This document shows positions 54,837 through 64,000 of a stretch of DNA of 64,000 nucleotides, piece after piece. Made by a program: the position numbers and the translations under genes. The stretch lies in IMG/VR virus record IMGVR_UViG_3300024239_000354; one strand, written 5' to 3'. The notes beneath the pieces were generated by a model. It worked only from the letters and a program-made list of their open reading frames with translations. It was not told where the DNA came from and made no database searches. Source of the stretch: an uncultured virus (IMG/VR IMGVR_UViG_3300024239_000354) (taxonomy: Duplodnaviria; Heunggongvirae; Uroviricota; Caudoviricetes). Position 1 is the first letter of the stretch. Each line of letters starts with the position of its first letter.

Positions 54837-56642
54837 ATGTCGGACGTGAAAAAGTTTGGTCAATCGGGCGTCGGGTCGGACGTTCAGTTTGGCAAAAAAG
54901 GTCCGCGCCTTATTGCGGACACCGGGACAATCAAAGTTACGGGTTCGGATGGAACCACTTTGACCACGGTGCAGGGTGCTGATGGTGTGTCGCCTAATGA
55001 TTTTGTCACTGTACAACAAATATCCAGTGGAAGTGTGGTTGACGGTGCTGCGATTCCACTAGGTAACCCTACTGATGGTTCTTTGACTGATGGTGCGATT
55101 ACACTTTCGAATACCATCAAGGTAACTGATGCAATTGATCGAATGAATGAAGTTCTTGGACTTTTAATTCCTGCCGCCCCGCCAACGTGGCCAAATGGTT
55201 CGGCGTTTACTGTGACCGGGGCACAAAGTTTTGAAGTAGCATCTGGTACCCTGACTGACAATACGGGTGCGGGTGTTCCAACTTCAGGTAATACCGTCAG
55301 TGTTGTTTATAATGCATCAGTATCCACAAGTGTCGTCGGTGGTTCGGGTGCTGCTGGGGCGGGTCCGGGTACCAGCGGTACAATGGCTGCGTTGTTGAAC
55401 GGAACTGCGATTGGTTCCCGCACTCTGACTGTTGGTAGTGATAATGGTACCTACGGTAAACTGGTTCTCAGCGGTAATGTTGATTATCCGTCTGACAAAC
55501 CCGGTTTCTGGGAAGTAATTCAGGCGCAAATTTCCGGTGCGACTGCCCTTTCTGGCTATAATAAAGTCCAAATTACGCACACTGACGCTCAGAATACTGC
55601 TGAAGTGTTCTTCTTATACGATAATGTGTTGTCTGGTAATGCGTCGGTAGCCTCGCCGTCTGTTACCGTTGGTACCGGTTCCACTGCGATGTCCTCGGGT
55701 ATTCCACACTATGTGAATGGTGCAACCGTCAATGTTTCTGGTACAGCAAACAACCTTGCTGGTCTGTCCTATCGCAAGACCGCGTTGCTGTCGGTTGATG
55801 GTATTGCGGAAGGTACTGACTACGTGGCGATAGCGTCACAGACCGACTACAATGCCGGTCAGGTCAGCATTCCAAACCCATTGCCTCAGGGTGCTACCGG
55901 TGTTGCATTCTCCAACGCAGCCCTAACCCTTGCTGATACCCACTCGTTGGGTCACGCACGTGTTCGCGCTCGTAATCCGAATGGCGGTAGCTTTGTGGAT
56001 ATTTCTTCCCCGAAGATTCTCGTTATGGGTACCGCTTCGACTTCTCGGATAGACGAAGACAACATTCTCGTGAACGGAGAACTGGGGTCATCCCCGGTCA
56101 GTGCCAATGCTGCTCGCATTGTGATGATTGATGGTGATACTCCGAATGCGACTTTCACTGGCACTACCACCGACTGGAATGCTTCTGCTATTGATGCCCA
56201 TGATGCTGTTGTGGTCGGCGGTGTCCTGAAGCATGACACGACAAATTACAGCACTGGTTATCTACCGAGTGGACCTGACTATTCGTCTAAGAATGCCAAC
56301 CAGTACATCACGTTCATGTTCCGGCGTACTCCGGTGTCGAAATTTGATATCAGCATCACTGGTACTATTGCTGGTTGCTGGGTCAAACTTCCGGGCGTGA
56401 CCAACGCGACGTACACCGCGAATAATGAATGGCGTAATCTGAACTTGGCTTATGGCAACGGTTATGGTTGCGCTCTCGGCGCAGTTATCCCGGTGGGTAC
56501 TGCGATTTCCAGTGGTCGCTACACCTGTACGTTCGGACTTGATAGCTCGGCAAACTCCACTAACAACATCGTGTTGGTACGGTTGAAGCTGACTACTGGT
56601 CAGAAAGTTACCGCTTTGTCGTTCCGTGGCGCGTCTAACTAA
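54837..56642 (+). CDS. putative virion structural protein
   Basis: 601 aa, G/S/T-rich beta-type sequence; ATAAATA at 54772; AGGAG SD. Confidence 0.7.
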   Translation: MSDVKKFGQSGVGSDVQFGKKGPRLIADTGTIKVTGSDGTTLTTVQGADGVSPNDFVTVQQISSGSVVDGAAIPLGNPTDGSLTDGAITLSNTIKVTDAIDRMNEVLGLLIPAAPPTWPNGSAFTVTGAQSFEVASGTLTDNTGAGVPTSGNTVSVVYNASVSTSVVGGSGAAGAGPGTSGTMAALLNGTAIGSRTLTVGSDNGTYGKLVLSGNVDYPSDKPGFWEVIQAQISGATALSGYNKVQITHTDAQNTAEVFFLYDNVLSGNASVASPSVTVGTGSTAMSSGIPHYVNGATVNVSGTANNLAGLSYRKTALLSVDGIAEGTDYVAIASQTDYNAGQVSIPNPLPQGATGVAFSNAALTLADTHSLGHARVRARNPNGGSFVDISSPKILVMGTASTSRIDEDNILVNGELGSSPVSANAARIVMIDGDTPNATFTGTTTDWNASAIDAHDAVVVGGVLKHDTTNYSTGYLPSGPDYSSKNANQYITFMFRRTPVSKFDISITGTIAGCWVKLPGVTNATYTANNEWRNLNLAYGNGYGCALGAVIPVGTAISSGRYTCTFGLDSSANSTNNIVLVRLKLTTGQKVTALSFRGASN

Positions 56643-56653
56643 GGAGAAAGTCA

Positions 56654-57709
56654 ATGGCTATTACTGATACACAAAAAGTTGACTTTCTCTGGAAGAAAAT
56701 CGGTTTTGGTGTCACCAAAACCGATACTGCCACTGCAAAGTCGGGCACTAATGAAAAATATGCGAGTGCTGTGCCGACCTATGCTCATGATATTTGGGCA
56801 CAGGCATCGAGCATTCCCACGACCCCGCCAGCTTCCTCAACTAGTGTAGTGGAAGTTCGTACCGGTGCTAGTGCGGTGACTGCCACCCACGATGCCACTT
56901 CAACTGCGGGGCGTACATGGGTAACTGGGATTAATGATTGGATTCCGGATACTTTCGGTGCAACTCCAAATCAATATGCGGTAAAGGTATGGGTTACTTC
57001 GGTCGGTGGTACTCGTTTGTACCCAGACGGTTCCGGATCAGATGATCAATGGTATTTTGATTACGTGTCGGGTATCCTACACTTTATTGGTCCAAATCTT
57101 CCAACCGGTATCAATGCATCATCGATAATTAAGATCGAAGGGTATACCTACAAAGGCAACAAGGGACTTGTTGGTGCTGGTGCAGGGTCTTCAACCAAGT
57201 TCTTTGCTGATATTTCCGCACGTGATGTAGATACCGCCGTCGTTGCGGGTGATCTTGCTCTAGTAGCGGATAATGGTGATGGGGAATACGCGGTTTATAT
57301 TGCCAATGCAGATGGACCAACGAACAATTGGACATTGATTTCAACCAAGGACTCGTCCGAAACTGACGCTAAGACGCTAACAGCAACAGTCGATGTCAAC
57401 AGTGCAAGTCCACTTACTCTAGGAAACATTAGTGGGACTAAGCGCCCGGTGTCGGTCGTCGTAGAAGTGATTACCCCATTCACTGCGATTGGTGGTACTG
57501 CATCGTCTGCCGTTCTTGCCATTGGTGATGCGGTTTCTGTAGATCGGTTAATGAGTGGTACTGAAAATGATCTTACTGAAGTGGGATCGTATATGGTAGT
57601 TCCGACCTATGTATATCCGTCCAGTACCACGGACACTGATTTACTGGCAACTTTAACGGTGGGTGATGCTATCTCCGGGTTGGCAACTTTAACGGTAACG
57701 TTTGCTTAA
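56654..57709 (+). CDS. putative virion structural protein
   Basis: MAITDTQKVDFLWKK start, WYFDY.SGIL.F; terminator at 57711-57737. Confidence 0.7.
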   Translation: MAITDTQKVDFLWKKIGFGVTKTDTATAKSGTNEKYASAVPTYAHDIWAQASSIPTTPPASSTSVVEVRTGASAVTATHDATSTAGRTWVTGINDWIPDTFGATPNQYAVKVWVTSVGGTRLYPDGSGSDDQWYFDYVSGILHFIGPNLPTGINASSIIKIEGYTYKGNKGLVGAGAGSSTKFFADISARDVDTAVVAGDLALVADNGDGEYAVYIANADGPTNNWTLISTKDSSETDAKTLTATVDVNSASPLTLGNISGTKRPVSVVVEVITPFTAIGGTASSAVLAIGDAVSVDRLMSGTENDLTEVGSYMVVPTYVYPSSTTDTDLLATLTVGDAISGLATLTVTFA

Positions 57710-57736
57710 TAAGAAAGGGGGCAATTGCCCCCTTTC

Positions 57737-58078
57737 TTATACTTGCCCGGCGAGGTTTAATGCTGCTAATGCGATGGCGTGTTCGAGAGTCATTCCGAGG
57801 GAGTAATCCTTCCCCACCCCATCTTTGGTAAACGCGCATCGAAACCGCGTTTCACCATCTTTAATCACAGAACTATAATTGCAGAAAAAACCTTTGTGTT
57901 GGAGAAATTCTACCAACATATGGGCATGTTCCATTCGTGTGGAATAATGCGGAAGTAAACCGGGACGCTTGGACCGAGGACTGACGACTTTATATTCGCC
58001 ATCATTGTTATCCATAATGATCATGACCTTAATGATTCGTTTTCCAATTTCAAGGTCAAGCTCTCTGCCCGGCTGCAT
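57737..58078 (-). CDS. phage ABA-sandwich (BC1872-like) protein
   Basis: GRELD..I...LPHYST...A...VE...AIALAAL. Confidence 0.65.
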   Translation of the reverse strand: MQPGRELDLEIGKRIIKVMIIMDNNDGEYKVVSPRSKRPGLLPHYSTRMEHAHMLVEFLQHKGFFCNYSSVIKDGETRFRCAFTKDGVGKDYSLGMTLEHAIALAALNLAGQV

Positions 58079-58080
58079 GA

Positions 58081-58308
58081 TTACCACTGCTCGATGGTTT
58101 CTGCCTTGCGGCGCCAACGACGAACGGCTTCTGCCTTCTTACGGCGACGAATTTCAGACGGTTTCTCGTATTCCATACGGCGACGAACTTCGCGTAGGAT
58201 ACCTTCATTGGCCATCTTCTTTTTAAGAATTTTCAGAGCCTTCTCGACATTACCGTCACGCACATCAACGGTCAGACCCTTACCAAACGGCGGCTTCTCG
58301 TAGGACAT
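58081..58308 (-). CDS. rpsU: ribosomal protein bS21
   Basis: [18 protein letters not shown]...EG...YEKPSE.RRRK. Confidence 0.93.
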   Translation of the reverse strand: MSYEKPPFGKGLTVDVRDGNVEKALKILKKKMANEGILREVRRRMEYEKPSEIRRRKKAEAVRRWRRKAETIEQW

Positions 58309-58313
58309 CTATA

Positions 58314-58562
58314 TTACTCACTTTTACTAGTTTTAATGGTTGGTGTTCTTGGTTTGTTCTCTTGCGGAGTTTTCCGCTTACGAGCCGGGGGTTCGTCCTC
58401 ACCAGACACCGCAAGCAGTCTCTCCAAATCACGGATCGTGGATGATTGAGATTCAACAGTATCAACCAACTCATTAATCCGAGCTTCCATTTTAACCATT
58501 AACGACAACATGCCGTCAACTTTTTTCTTTAAGTAAATCACTTCATTCGGATGGACTTCCAT
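58314..58562 (-). CDS. coiled-coil hypothetical protein
   Basis: GGAGG SD; CTAAATA upstream. Confidence 0.65.
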   Translation of the reverse strand: MEVHPNEVIYLKKKVDGMLSLMVKMEARINELVDTVESQSSTIRDLERLLAVSGEDEPPARKRKTPQENKPRTPTIKTSKSE

Positions 58563-58646
58563 AGTTCCTCCAAAGTTTAAATCCGGTGTTTTCTATTTAG
58601 CAAAAAGAAAACCGGGCTTTCGCCCGGTTCTTTAACTTGTAGACTA

Positions 58647-59366
58647 TTAAGTCATACTGCGACCTTTATCGACAGTGCCATTGTAAATGCGTGCGAGCAT
58701 TTTTTCGGCATAGGCGCGATCAGCGAGTTTCTTATTGGTGAAACGGCTATCGTTTTTGTGAACCTTGTAGATCACGTATTTATCCACAAGCGGTAGCACG
58801 ACCGGCGGTTCTTCCATGTCCTCCGTGGGCATTTCCGCTTCGGACATAGACCAGTAGATATGGTGATCTTGGATTAGGAAATCGCTGTCCCAGGTGATAT
58901 CGTGTTCATCAAGGAATTTGAAGCGTTCCTTACAAACAAGATTGCGACCTTTCGCCCACCATTGCTCGAACACCGGAACATCGACCGCAGTTTTGCTTTC
59001 GATCTCAACCAGTTTTCCATCCACGTCCCGCTTGTACGTGAAGTAGCGTTCGATGTCGGTTGGGTTGCTGGACACGCGCAGGCGGGCCCCATCATTCGGA
59101 AGAAGAATGGTATGTCCGTTTTTGGGCGTAGTGGGTACGAGAGAAATGAGTCGCGCGAAATCTTCCTCGCTAATCGGCAATTCAAATGAGTGCCCATCCT
59201 TGTGATATGTGAACACTGGCACCCCGTTGTCGAGCCGTATTCCGGCTTCGCCACCGATATAGGCTTGTTGGATAGCGTGGCGTTCGCCAAACTTGGCAGC
59301 GGCATCCCGAATTTCCGTCGCGCGGCGGTTATCAAGGATGTATTTTATTTCATTTTCAATCCCCAC
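58647..59366 (-). CDS. CYTH-domain protein
   Basis: IENEIKY (ExExK), IQQAY, RLRV, EIE, KER and EAE motifs. Confidence 0.75.
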   Translation of the reverse strand: MGIENEIKYILDNRRATEIRDAAAKFGERHAIQQAYIGGEAGIRLDNGVPVFTYHKDGHSFELPISEEDFARLISLVPTTPKNGHTILLPNDGARLRVSSNPTDIERYFTYKRDVDGKLVEIESKTAVDVPVFEQWWAKGRNLVCKERFKFLDEHDITWDSDFLIQDHHIYWSMSEAEMPTEDMEEPPVVLPLVDKYVIYKVHKNDSRFTNKKLADRAYAEKMLARIYNGTVDKGRSMT

Positions 59367-59376
59367 CGTATCCCCC

Positions 59377-59895
59377 TCACTTTTTTGCGGCTTTGATTAC
59401 CGCAAGCATATCGCGCCCCGCGAGGGTGATCGACTGTTCAAAAATGATTTCCATACCGATCTGACTGATCAGACTTTCTATCACTTCACGACCATTTTGA
59501 GCGTGGGTTACTTCACGACCACGGAATTTTACCTTGATCTTGACCTTATCGCCATCCTCAAGGAATTCCTTGGTTTTGCGTGCCTTGATGGAAATATCGT
59601 TATCATCAGTCACAGGGCGAAGTTGGATTTCGCGAACGTGAACCTCATTAGCACGAGCTTTTTGACGTTCGGCGCGTTCACGCTTTTCCTTTTCAAATTT
59701 GTACTTCCCGTGGTCGAGTATCTTGCAGACCGGGGTATCCCCATCCGCGATCAAGACCAAATCCAGACCAAGATTACGGGCGCGATCTAATGCCTCCCGT
59801 CGAGAAATGATTTCGCTACCATTGTCGCTGACAACACGAACTTGTTGGGCGCGAATGGCGTCGTTGATCATATCTCCGTGTACTTCTCGTTTCAT
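59377..59895 (-). CDS. infC: translation initiation factor IF3
   Basis: INDAIRA.QVRVV, GLDLVLI, PVCKILD.GKYKFE and FL..GDKVK..V.FRGRE. Confidence 0.95.
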   Translation of the reverse strand: MKREVHGDMINDAIRAQQVRVVSDNGSEIISRREALDRARNLGLDLVLIADGDTPVCKILDHGKYKFEKEKRERAERQKARANEVHVREIQLRPVTDDNDISIKARKTKEFLEDGDKVKIKVKFRGREVTHAQNGREVIESLISQIGMEIIFEQSITLAGRDMLAVIKAAKK

Positions 59896-60088
59896 GTTAT
59901 CCTTTCTGAAGGCGTCCTGACTAAGTTTCAATGTGGACATTTGTTGATCCCGGTCTTGATTGAATTTTGAAATGGGAAACCACGAGAGTAATACCCTCGT
60001 GGCTGTATGGTACTATTAGATAGTATGCATGTTTTCCCATGGTCGTTCGACCAAACTCTACGGGGCGTTGAAGCGGTAGTCAACAAGA

Positions 60089-61357
60089 TTACGCCGGTTC
60101 GCTCTGCTCGGTTTGTTCGGTCATAAAAACCTTCAACGGTTCTGCTTCACCACGTACCACTTCCCCACTAATCACAACCTTGCTGATACCCTGATCATGA
60201 TAGTCGGGGAGGTGATATTGAACCGGTAAAAGGCATCCTTCCATCACGCTGCGTAGACCACGAGCGCCGGTTTTGCGGGTTTTGCAAGTCTTTGCAACTT
60301 CGGTGAGGGCATTTTCTGTAAATTCCAGACCAACCTTTTCGAGACTGAACATCTTGCTAAACTGTTTTACCAGAGCGTTCTTCGGTTCGGTCAAAATTTG
60401 GACAAGCTGTTCTTCGGATAGATCGTTCACATGAGTGTGAACCGGGAACCGACCGATGAATTCCGGTATCATACCGAACTTGATGAGGTCGCTTGGTTCC
60501 AGGCGGCGCAGAAGATTCGCGGTGTCTTCGTCGGTGCGTTCCTTTGAGTGCTTCACCGTGGCGTTGAAGCCAATGCTGCCTTTGGGTGAAATGCGTTTGT
60601 TGACGATTTCATCCAACCCGACAAACGCACCTGATGCAATGAACAGGATGTTGCGGGTATCGACGGTGAGAAATTCCTGCTGCGGGTGCTTACGACCCCC
60701 CTGCGGTGGAACACGGCACACGGTGCCTTCGACCATCTTCAATAGCGCCTGCTGCACACCCTCGCCCGACACATCGCGGGTGATCGACGGGCTGTCGGAC
60801 TTGCGGCTAATTTTGTCGATTTCATCAATGAAGATGATGCCGCGCTGGGCTTTCTCGACGTTGTATTCGGCGTTCTGTAGCAGCTTTGCGATGATGCTCT
60901 CAACGTCATCACCCACATACCCGGCTTCGGTCAACGTGGTGGCGTCGGCCATAGCGAACGGCACATCCAGCATCCGAGCAATGGATTGCGCCAACAGCGT
61001 CTTACCGCAGCCGGTCGGTCCAACCAGAAGAATATTGGATTTTTCGATCTCCACATCATCGATGACGGGGTTCTGTAGGCGTTTATAGTGGTTATGAACT
61101 GCTACCGACATCACCATCTTCGCGTAATCCTGCCCAATCACATACTGGTCAAGGAATTCGTGAATTTGGCGCGGGGTAGGGGTTTGGTTATCCTTTGTGA
61201 GGATGGGTTTTTCCTCTTCTGCAATAATACCGTGGCACAATTCAATGCATTCATCGCAAATATAAACGTTTGGACCTGCAATCAGTTTTTTGACTTGATC
61301 CTGACGCTTAGAGCAGAACGAGCATTCCAGTGACTTATCGTCTTTCTTATCGACCAT
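60089..61357 (-). CDS. clpX: ClpX ATPase
   Basis: CSFC...CDEC zinc finger, [34 protein letters not shown] and IGF loop. Confidence 0.98.
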   Translation of the reverse strand: MVDKKDDKSLECSFCSKRQDQVKKLIAGPNVYICDECIELCHGIIAEEEKPILTKDNQTPTPRQIHEFLDQYVIGQDYAKMVMSVAVHNHYKRLQNPVIDDVEIEKSNILLVGPTGCGKTLLAQSIARMLDVPFAMADATTLTEAGYVGDDVESIIAKLLQNAEYNVEKAQRGIIFIDEIDKISRKSDSPSITRDVSGEGVQQALLKMVEGTVCRVPPQGGRKHPQQEFLTVDTRNILFIASGAFVGLDEIVNKRISPKGSIGFNATVKHSKERTDEDTANLLRRLEPSDLIKFGMIPEFIGRFPVHTHVNDLSEEQLVQILTEPKNALVKQFSKMFSLEKVGLEFTENALTEVAKTCKTRKTGARGLRSVMEGCLLPVQYHLPDYHDQGISKVVISGEVVRGEAEPLKVFMTEQTEQSEPA

Positions 61358-61391
61358 TTATACCATCCTCTGAAGAGAGCATCTTCTATAT

Positions 61392-61829
61392 TTAGTTTTC
61401 ATACAAGGCACAGAAGTGGTTGGATAGTGTATCTAAGCTATCATACGGTATGATCCCGTGGAGTGTCAGTATTGCGTCAATCTCTGGTGTGATGCAATTA
61501 CCAATTACTATTGGTTTTTTCTTACCTTCAATCGCTGCCCCGAGCGCAACCAGATCAAACGGGGCAGCATTATCTAGGTGAATGATTACATAATTGACGC
61601 ATTGAAGGTGATGCCATGTCCAATGGAAATGATCCACAGAAATCGTTTCTTCCTCAATAGTGAAGAAAGAAAGATTTTTGCTGCGCCATTCATCATGCGC
61701 GATAGTGGTGAGATCATGTTTCCATTGATTTCCACAACCAAGAAGGAGAAAACTAATTTCATCCTTCTTGGGGAGCCACAGGCTAGGGTATGTTACAAGG
61801 GTGAACGTTGTTTTACGTGATTCAATCAT
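61392..61829 (-). CDS. hypothetical protein
   Basis: 145-aa ORF in the operon. Confidence 0.65.
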   Translation of the reverse strand: MIESRKTTFTLVTYPSLWLPKKDEISFLLLGCGNQWKHDLTTIAHDEWRSKNLSFFTIEEETISVDHFHWTWHHLQCVNYVIIHLDNAAPFDLVALGAAIEGKKKPIVIGNCITPEIDAILTLHGIIPYDSLDTLSNHFCALYEN

Positions 61830-63384
61830 GCTCTACATGCTCATTGCCCGTAACAAAAGGCTGTTTCTTGGCTGGGCGAACGGTACGTGGGTCAAGCCAA
61901 CCGGTACCAGCGACGGTTTTCTGCTTATTCATGTCAAGAGCTATCAAAACCTTTTCCAACTCACGTAACACCGGGAACGGAACTTCATCGCGGAGTTCCG
62001 CTTTTAGATCATCAACCACATTAGGATTGCGTTTGATGATCTGGACGATGTTTTCGGTAACTGCATCCTCGATATACATATCATCATGATCATCGATAAT
62101 CACATGATCGGTAGTACCCATTTCGTTCGCAATCACCATCGACCCTACCGCAGTTTCCATTGGGTTGTCGATTTCTTTTTCAATGTCCTCGATATCCGGT
62201 TCTGCCGTTACTTCTGGTTGTGGAATATTTATATGTGGTACCCCTGTAATTACCGGTATCTCAAGGTGTTCGAGTGGGTCGCAAAATTCTTCAATGACAT
62301 CTTCCAACACGGGTTCCAACACGGGGCGCCCCGCTACTTCTATTTCTGGTTCTATATCCGGGGTATGATGAACCACGTTTAGTTCCGGTTCCGGCTCATG
62401 ATGAATAACCGGAGCTTGCATTATTTGTGGTGCTGCTTGGAATTGAACCACAACGGGTGTAGGCGCTTGAACTGGCGCAGGGGCGGGTGTTTGGTCAGCA
62501 TGAATGATATGTTCTGCTTCTGCCTGTTTTAGAGCAATTTCCGCCCGAAGTTCTAACCGCTCCCGCTCCCGCTCATCTTCCCACTGTTGTTCTTCCTGCC
62601 GTTTCCGGGTGGCTTCTTCCGCCTCAATTTTCATGCGTTCGGCGTTTTCTTCTTTGCGTTGAAGATGGCGTTCGTATGCGAACGTTGTGGCGATGACCAA
62701 CCACACCGCGAATGGGTCAAACGGAATCATCAGCATAATAATGAAAATGTTAACCGCTGAACTGGTGTCCATATTAAACATGTTTGCGGCATACGTCACC
62801 GGTCCCATTTTTGCAGAAACCGCAGCGACCGATTGGTGCTTGGCAAGTTTTGCTTTTTCTATTTCTTCGATTTGACCAAAAGCTACACGGATTGTGCTTT
62901 CCACTTCAGCGCGCTCTTTCCGCTGGCGGTCACGAATAGCTGATGCATTGGTAAGTTTGTCAGTACCGATCATCCCGTTAACCATGTCGTCCATCTGTTT
63001 GAGGCGCGCTTGGTTACGGCTGATGTTCTGTTGCTGAAGTTCTTTTTGCTGGTCAAGTAGCCGTATTTCGGCTTCTACCGCTTCGAGTGGGGTGTTCTGG
63101 TTGTGATGGGCGGCAGAGATGAAACCATAAATGCCCATCATGGTGATGAGCATGACTGATCCCACGAAAAAAACGCCAGTATACTTGAGATACCTCGGGG
63201 CAACCCCCCAGTAATAATGAAGGAAACCGGTGGCGATAAGTTTTGAAGTTTCAAGAACCGCGCCGAATACCATGATTGGTATGGCCGCAGCAGCCGCGAA
63301 TTCCGCCAGACCTACTACGGAGAAAAAGCCTGCTACGCCTGCCAATGCCAGTGCGGCTAATCCTAAAAGAATGACTGTTATCAT
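61822..63384 (-). CDS. membrane protein with a coiled coil and an acidic/proline-rich tail
   Basis: FSV.GL, LE.SKL, ITMMGIYGF.S.AH, K.GP..Y and FDP.AV.L TM motifs. Confidence 0.75.
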   Translation of the reverse strand: MITVILLGLAALALAGVAGFFSVVGLAEFAAAAAIPIMVFGAVLETSKLIATGFLHYYWGVAPRYLKYTGVFFVGSVMLITMMGIYGFISAAHHNQNTPLEAVEAEIRLLDQQKELQQQNISRNQARLKQMDDMVNGMIGTDKLTNASAIRDRQRKERAEVESTIRVAFGQIEEIEKAKLAKHQSVAAVSAKMGPVTYAANMFNMDTSSAVNIFIIMLMIPFDPFAVWLVIATTFAYERHLQRKEENAERMKIEAEEATRKRQEEQQWEDERERERLELRAEIALKQAEAEHIIHADQTPAPAPVQAPTPVVVQFQAAPQIMQAPVIHHEPEPELNVVHHTPDIEPEIEVAGRPVLEPVLEDVIEEFCDPLEHLEIPVITGVPHINIPQPEVTAEPDIEDIEKEIDNPMETAVGSMVIANEMGTTDHVIIDDHDDMYIEDAVTENIVQIIKRNPNVVDDLKAELRDEVPFPVLRELEKVLIALDMNKQKTVAGTGWLDPRTVRPAKKQPFVTGNEHVEHD

Positions 63385-63520
63385 CGTGTTACCTCAAGTT
63401 TGTCCAAAGTTTTGTGCCTGTGTGTGCCCTTTTTCGAGCCATAGACACGTATTTATCCCTTTGGACAGGCAGGAACGTACCACGCACTCTCCTATAAACT
63501 CAATTTTGTAAAGGAACAGA

Positions 63521-64000
63521 TTAGAAACCCCACCATGAAGTAATGTATTTCCGCCAGACGCGGGACTTCAGACCATAGTAATCGACTCCGGTGATTGCTA
63601 CGTCATGGTGGGTGGCAAGAGCATCTGCGAAATTTGAATTGACAAAATCGGCTTCGGTTAGTGCCTCGCGGACGGTTTCATATGCAACCGGGTCTTCCGT
63701 AGTCAATGTGGCTAGGTCAACCCTTGTATTCGCCCCAATCCCTTTTACAAGGTCATGGTACTTTTTGCTCCATGTGTATCGGAACCCGTTCATCGGGAAG
63801 ACAATGTATAGCATTCCGTCATCTACCACGCGGTGAGGGTCAGAATTACAGATGATGGACTCGTGGAAATTTGCGTGAACGCCCGCTTCATGCCCCGCAT
63901 TGATCAACAGTTCATTCGCGGCGCTCGTTATGGGAAGATCGATTTTGCGAGGAATACGCGCCCTGAAGAGTGGGTGTTCGGTTTCACGGCATCCACGATA
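63521..64000 (-). CDS. hypothetical protein, 5-prime end probably outside the window
   Basis: ORF of at least 128 aa (track start 63907) that appears open toward the edge. Confidence 0.55.
   Translation of the reverse strand, partial: YRGCRETEHPLFRARIPRKIDLPITSAANELLINAGHEAGVHANFHESIICNSDPHRVVDDGMLYIVFPMNGFRYTWSKKYHDLVKGIGANTRVDLATLTTEDPVAYETVREALTEADFVNSNFADALATHHDVAITGVDYYGLKSRVWRKYITSWWGF

Noticed and set aside
1..64000. Genome-wide TAG or TGA reassignment
   Set aside because: All long conserved genes are intact in the standard code, and several end at TAG or TGA at expected positions
1..64000. CRISPR array
   Set aside because: No run of identical direct repeats with regular unique spacers; the 18.8-19.35 kb motifs are short, paired and irregularly spaced
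1..64000. Bacterial chromosome origin for the window
   Set aside because: Housekeeping genes are isolated from their usual operons and interspersed with TAAATA-driven virion-type genes and small ORFans

Overview
The window looks like part of a large (jumbo-type) tailed phage genome, probably of an alphaproteobacterial host. That is an inference from the host-like SerRS, Prs, ClpX, IF3 and receiver proteins, and from T4-like TAAATA late promoters and virion/tail-tube-like genes. It encodes a translation and proteostasis toolkit (serS, N-terminally truncated thrS, infC, rpsU, Pth2, clpX, clpS, small HSP), metabolic genes (prs, coaE, aroE, rnhA), a vWA/isochorismatase/kinase/PP2C cluster, and many late proteins sharing an M[R/K]xxE-type N-terminus. 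The most unusual content is non-coding. (1) A ~6.4 kb minus-strand RNA region (36000-42530) is built like an rRNA operon, with tandem sigma70 promoters and a perfect 20-bp inverted repeat joining its two ends. It is packed with stalk-enclosed structured modules, degenerate tRNA-like RNAs, an amber suppressor tRNA, a group I intron-containing tRNA-Ser and a hammerhead ribozyme. (2) An array of RNA hairpins sharing a GGAAC...CCUCACC internal-loop motif, one containing a tRNA-like module, lies directly upstream of a Ro60/TROVE-like vWA gene and an ARPP-1-like gene. (3) A seven-threonine leader peptide sits in front of thrS. (4) A ~490-nt structured intergenic element lies near 15 kb. All calls are from reading the sequence; no searches were run.
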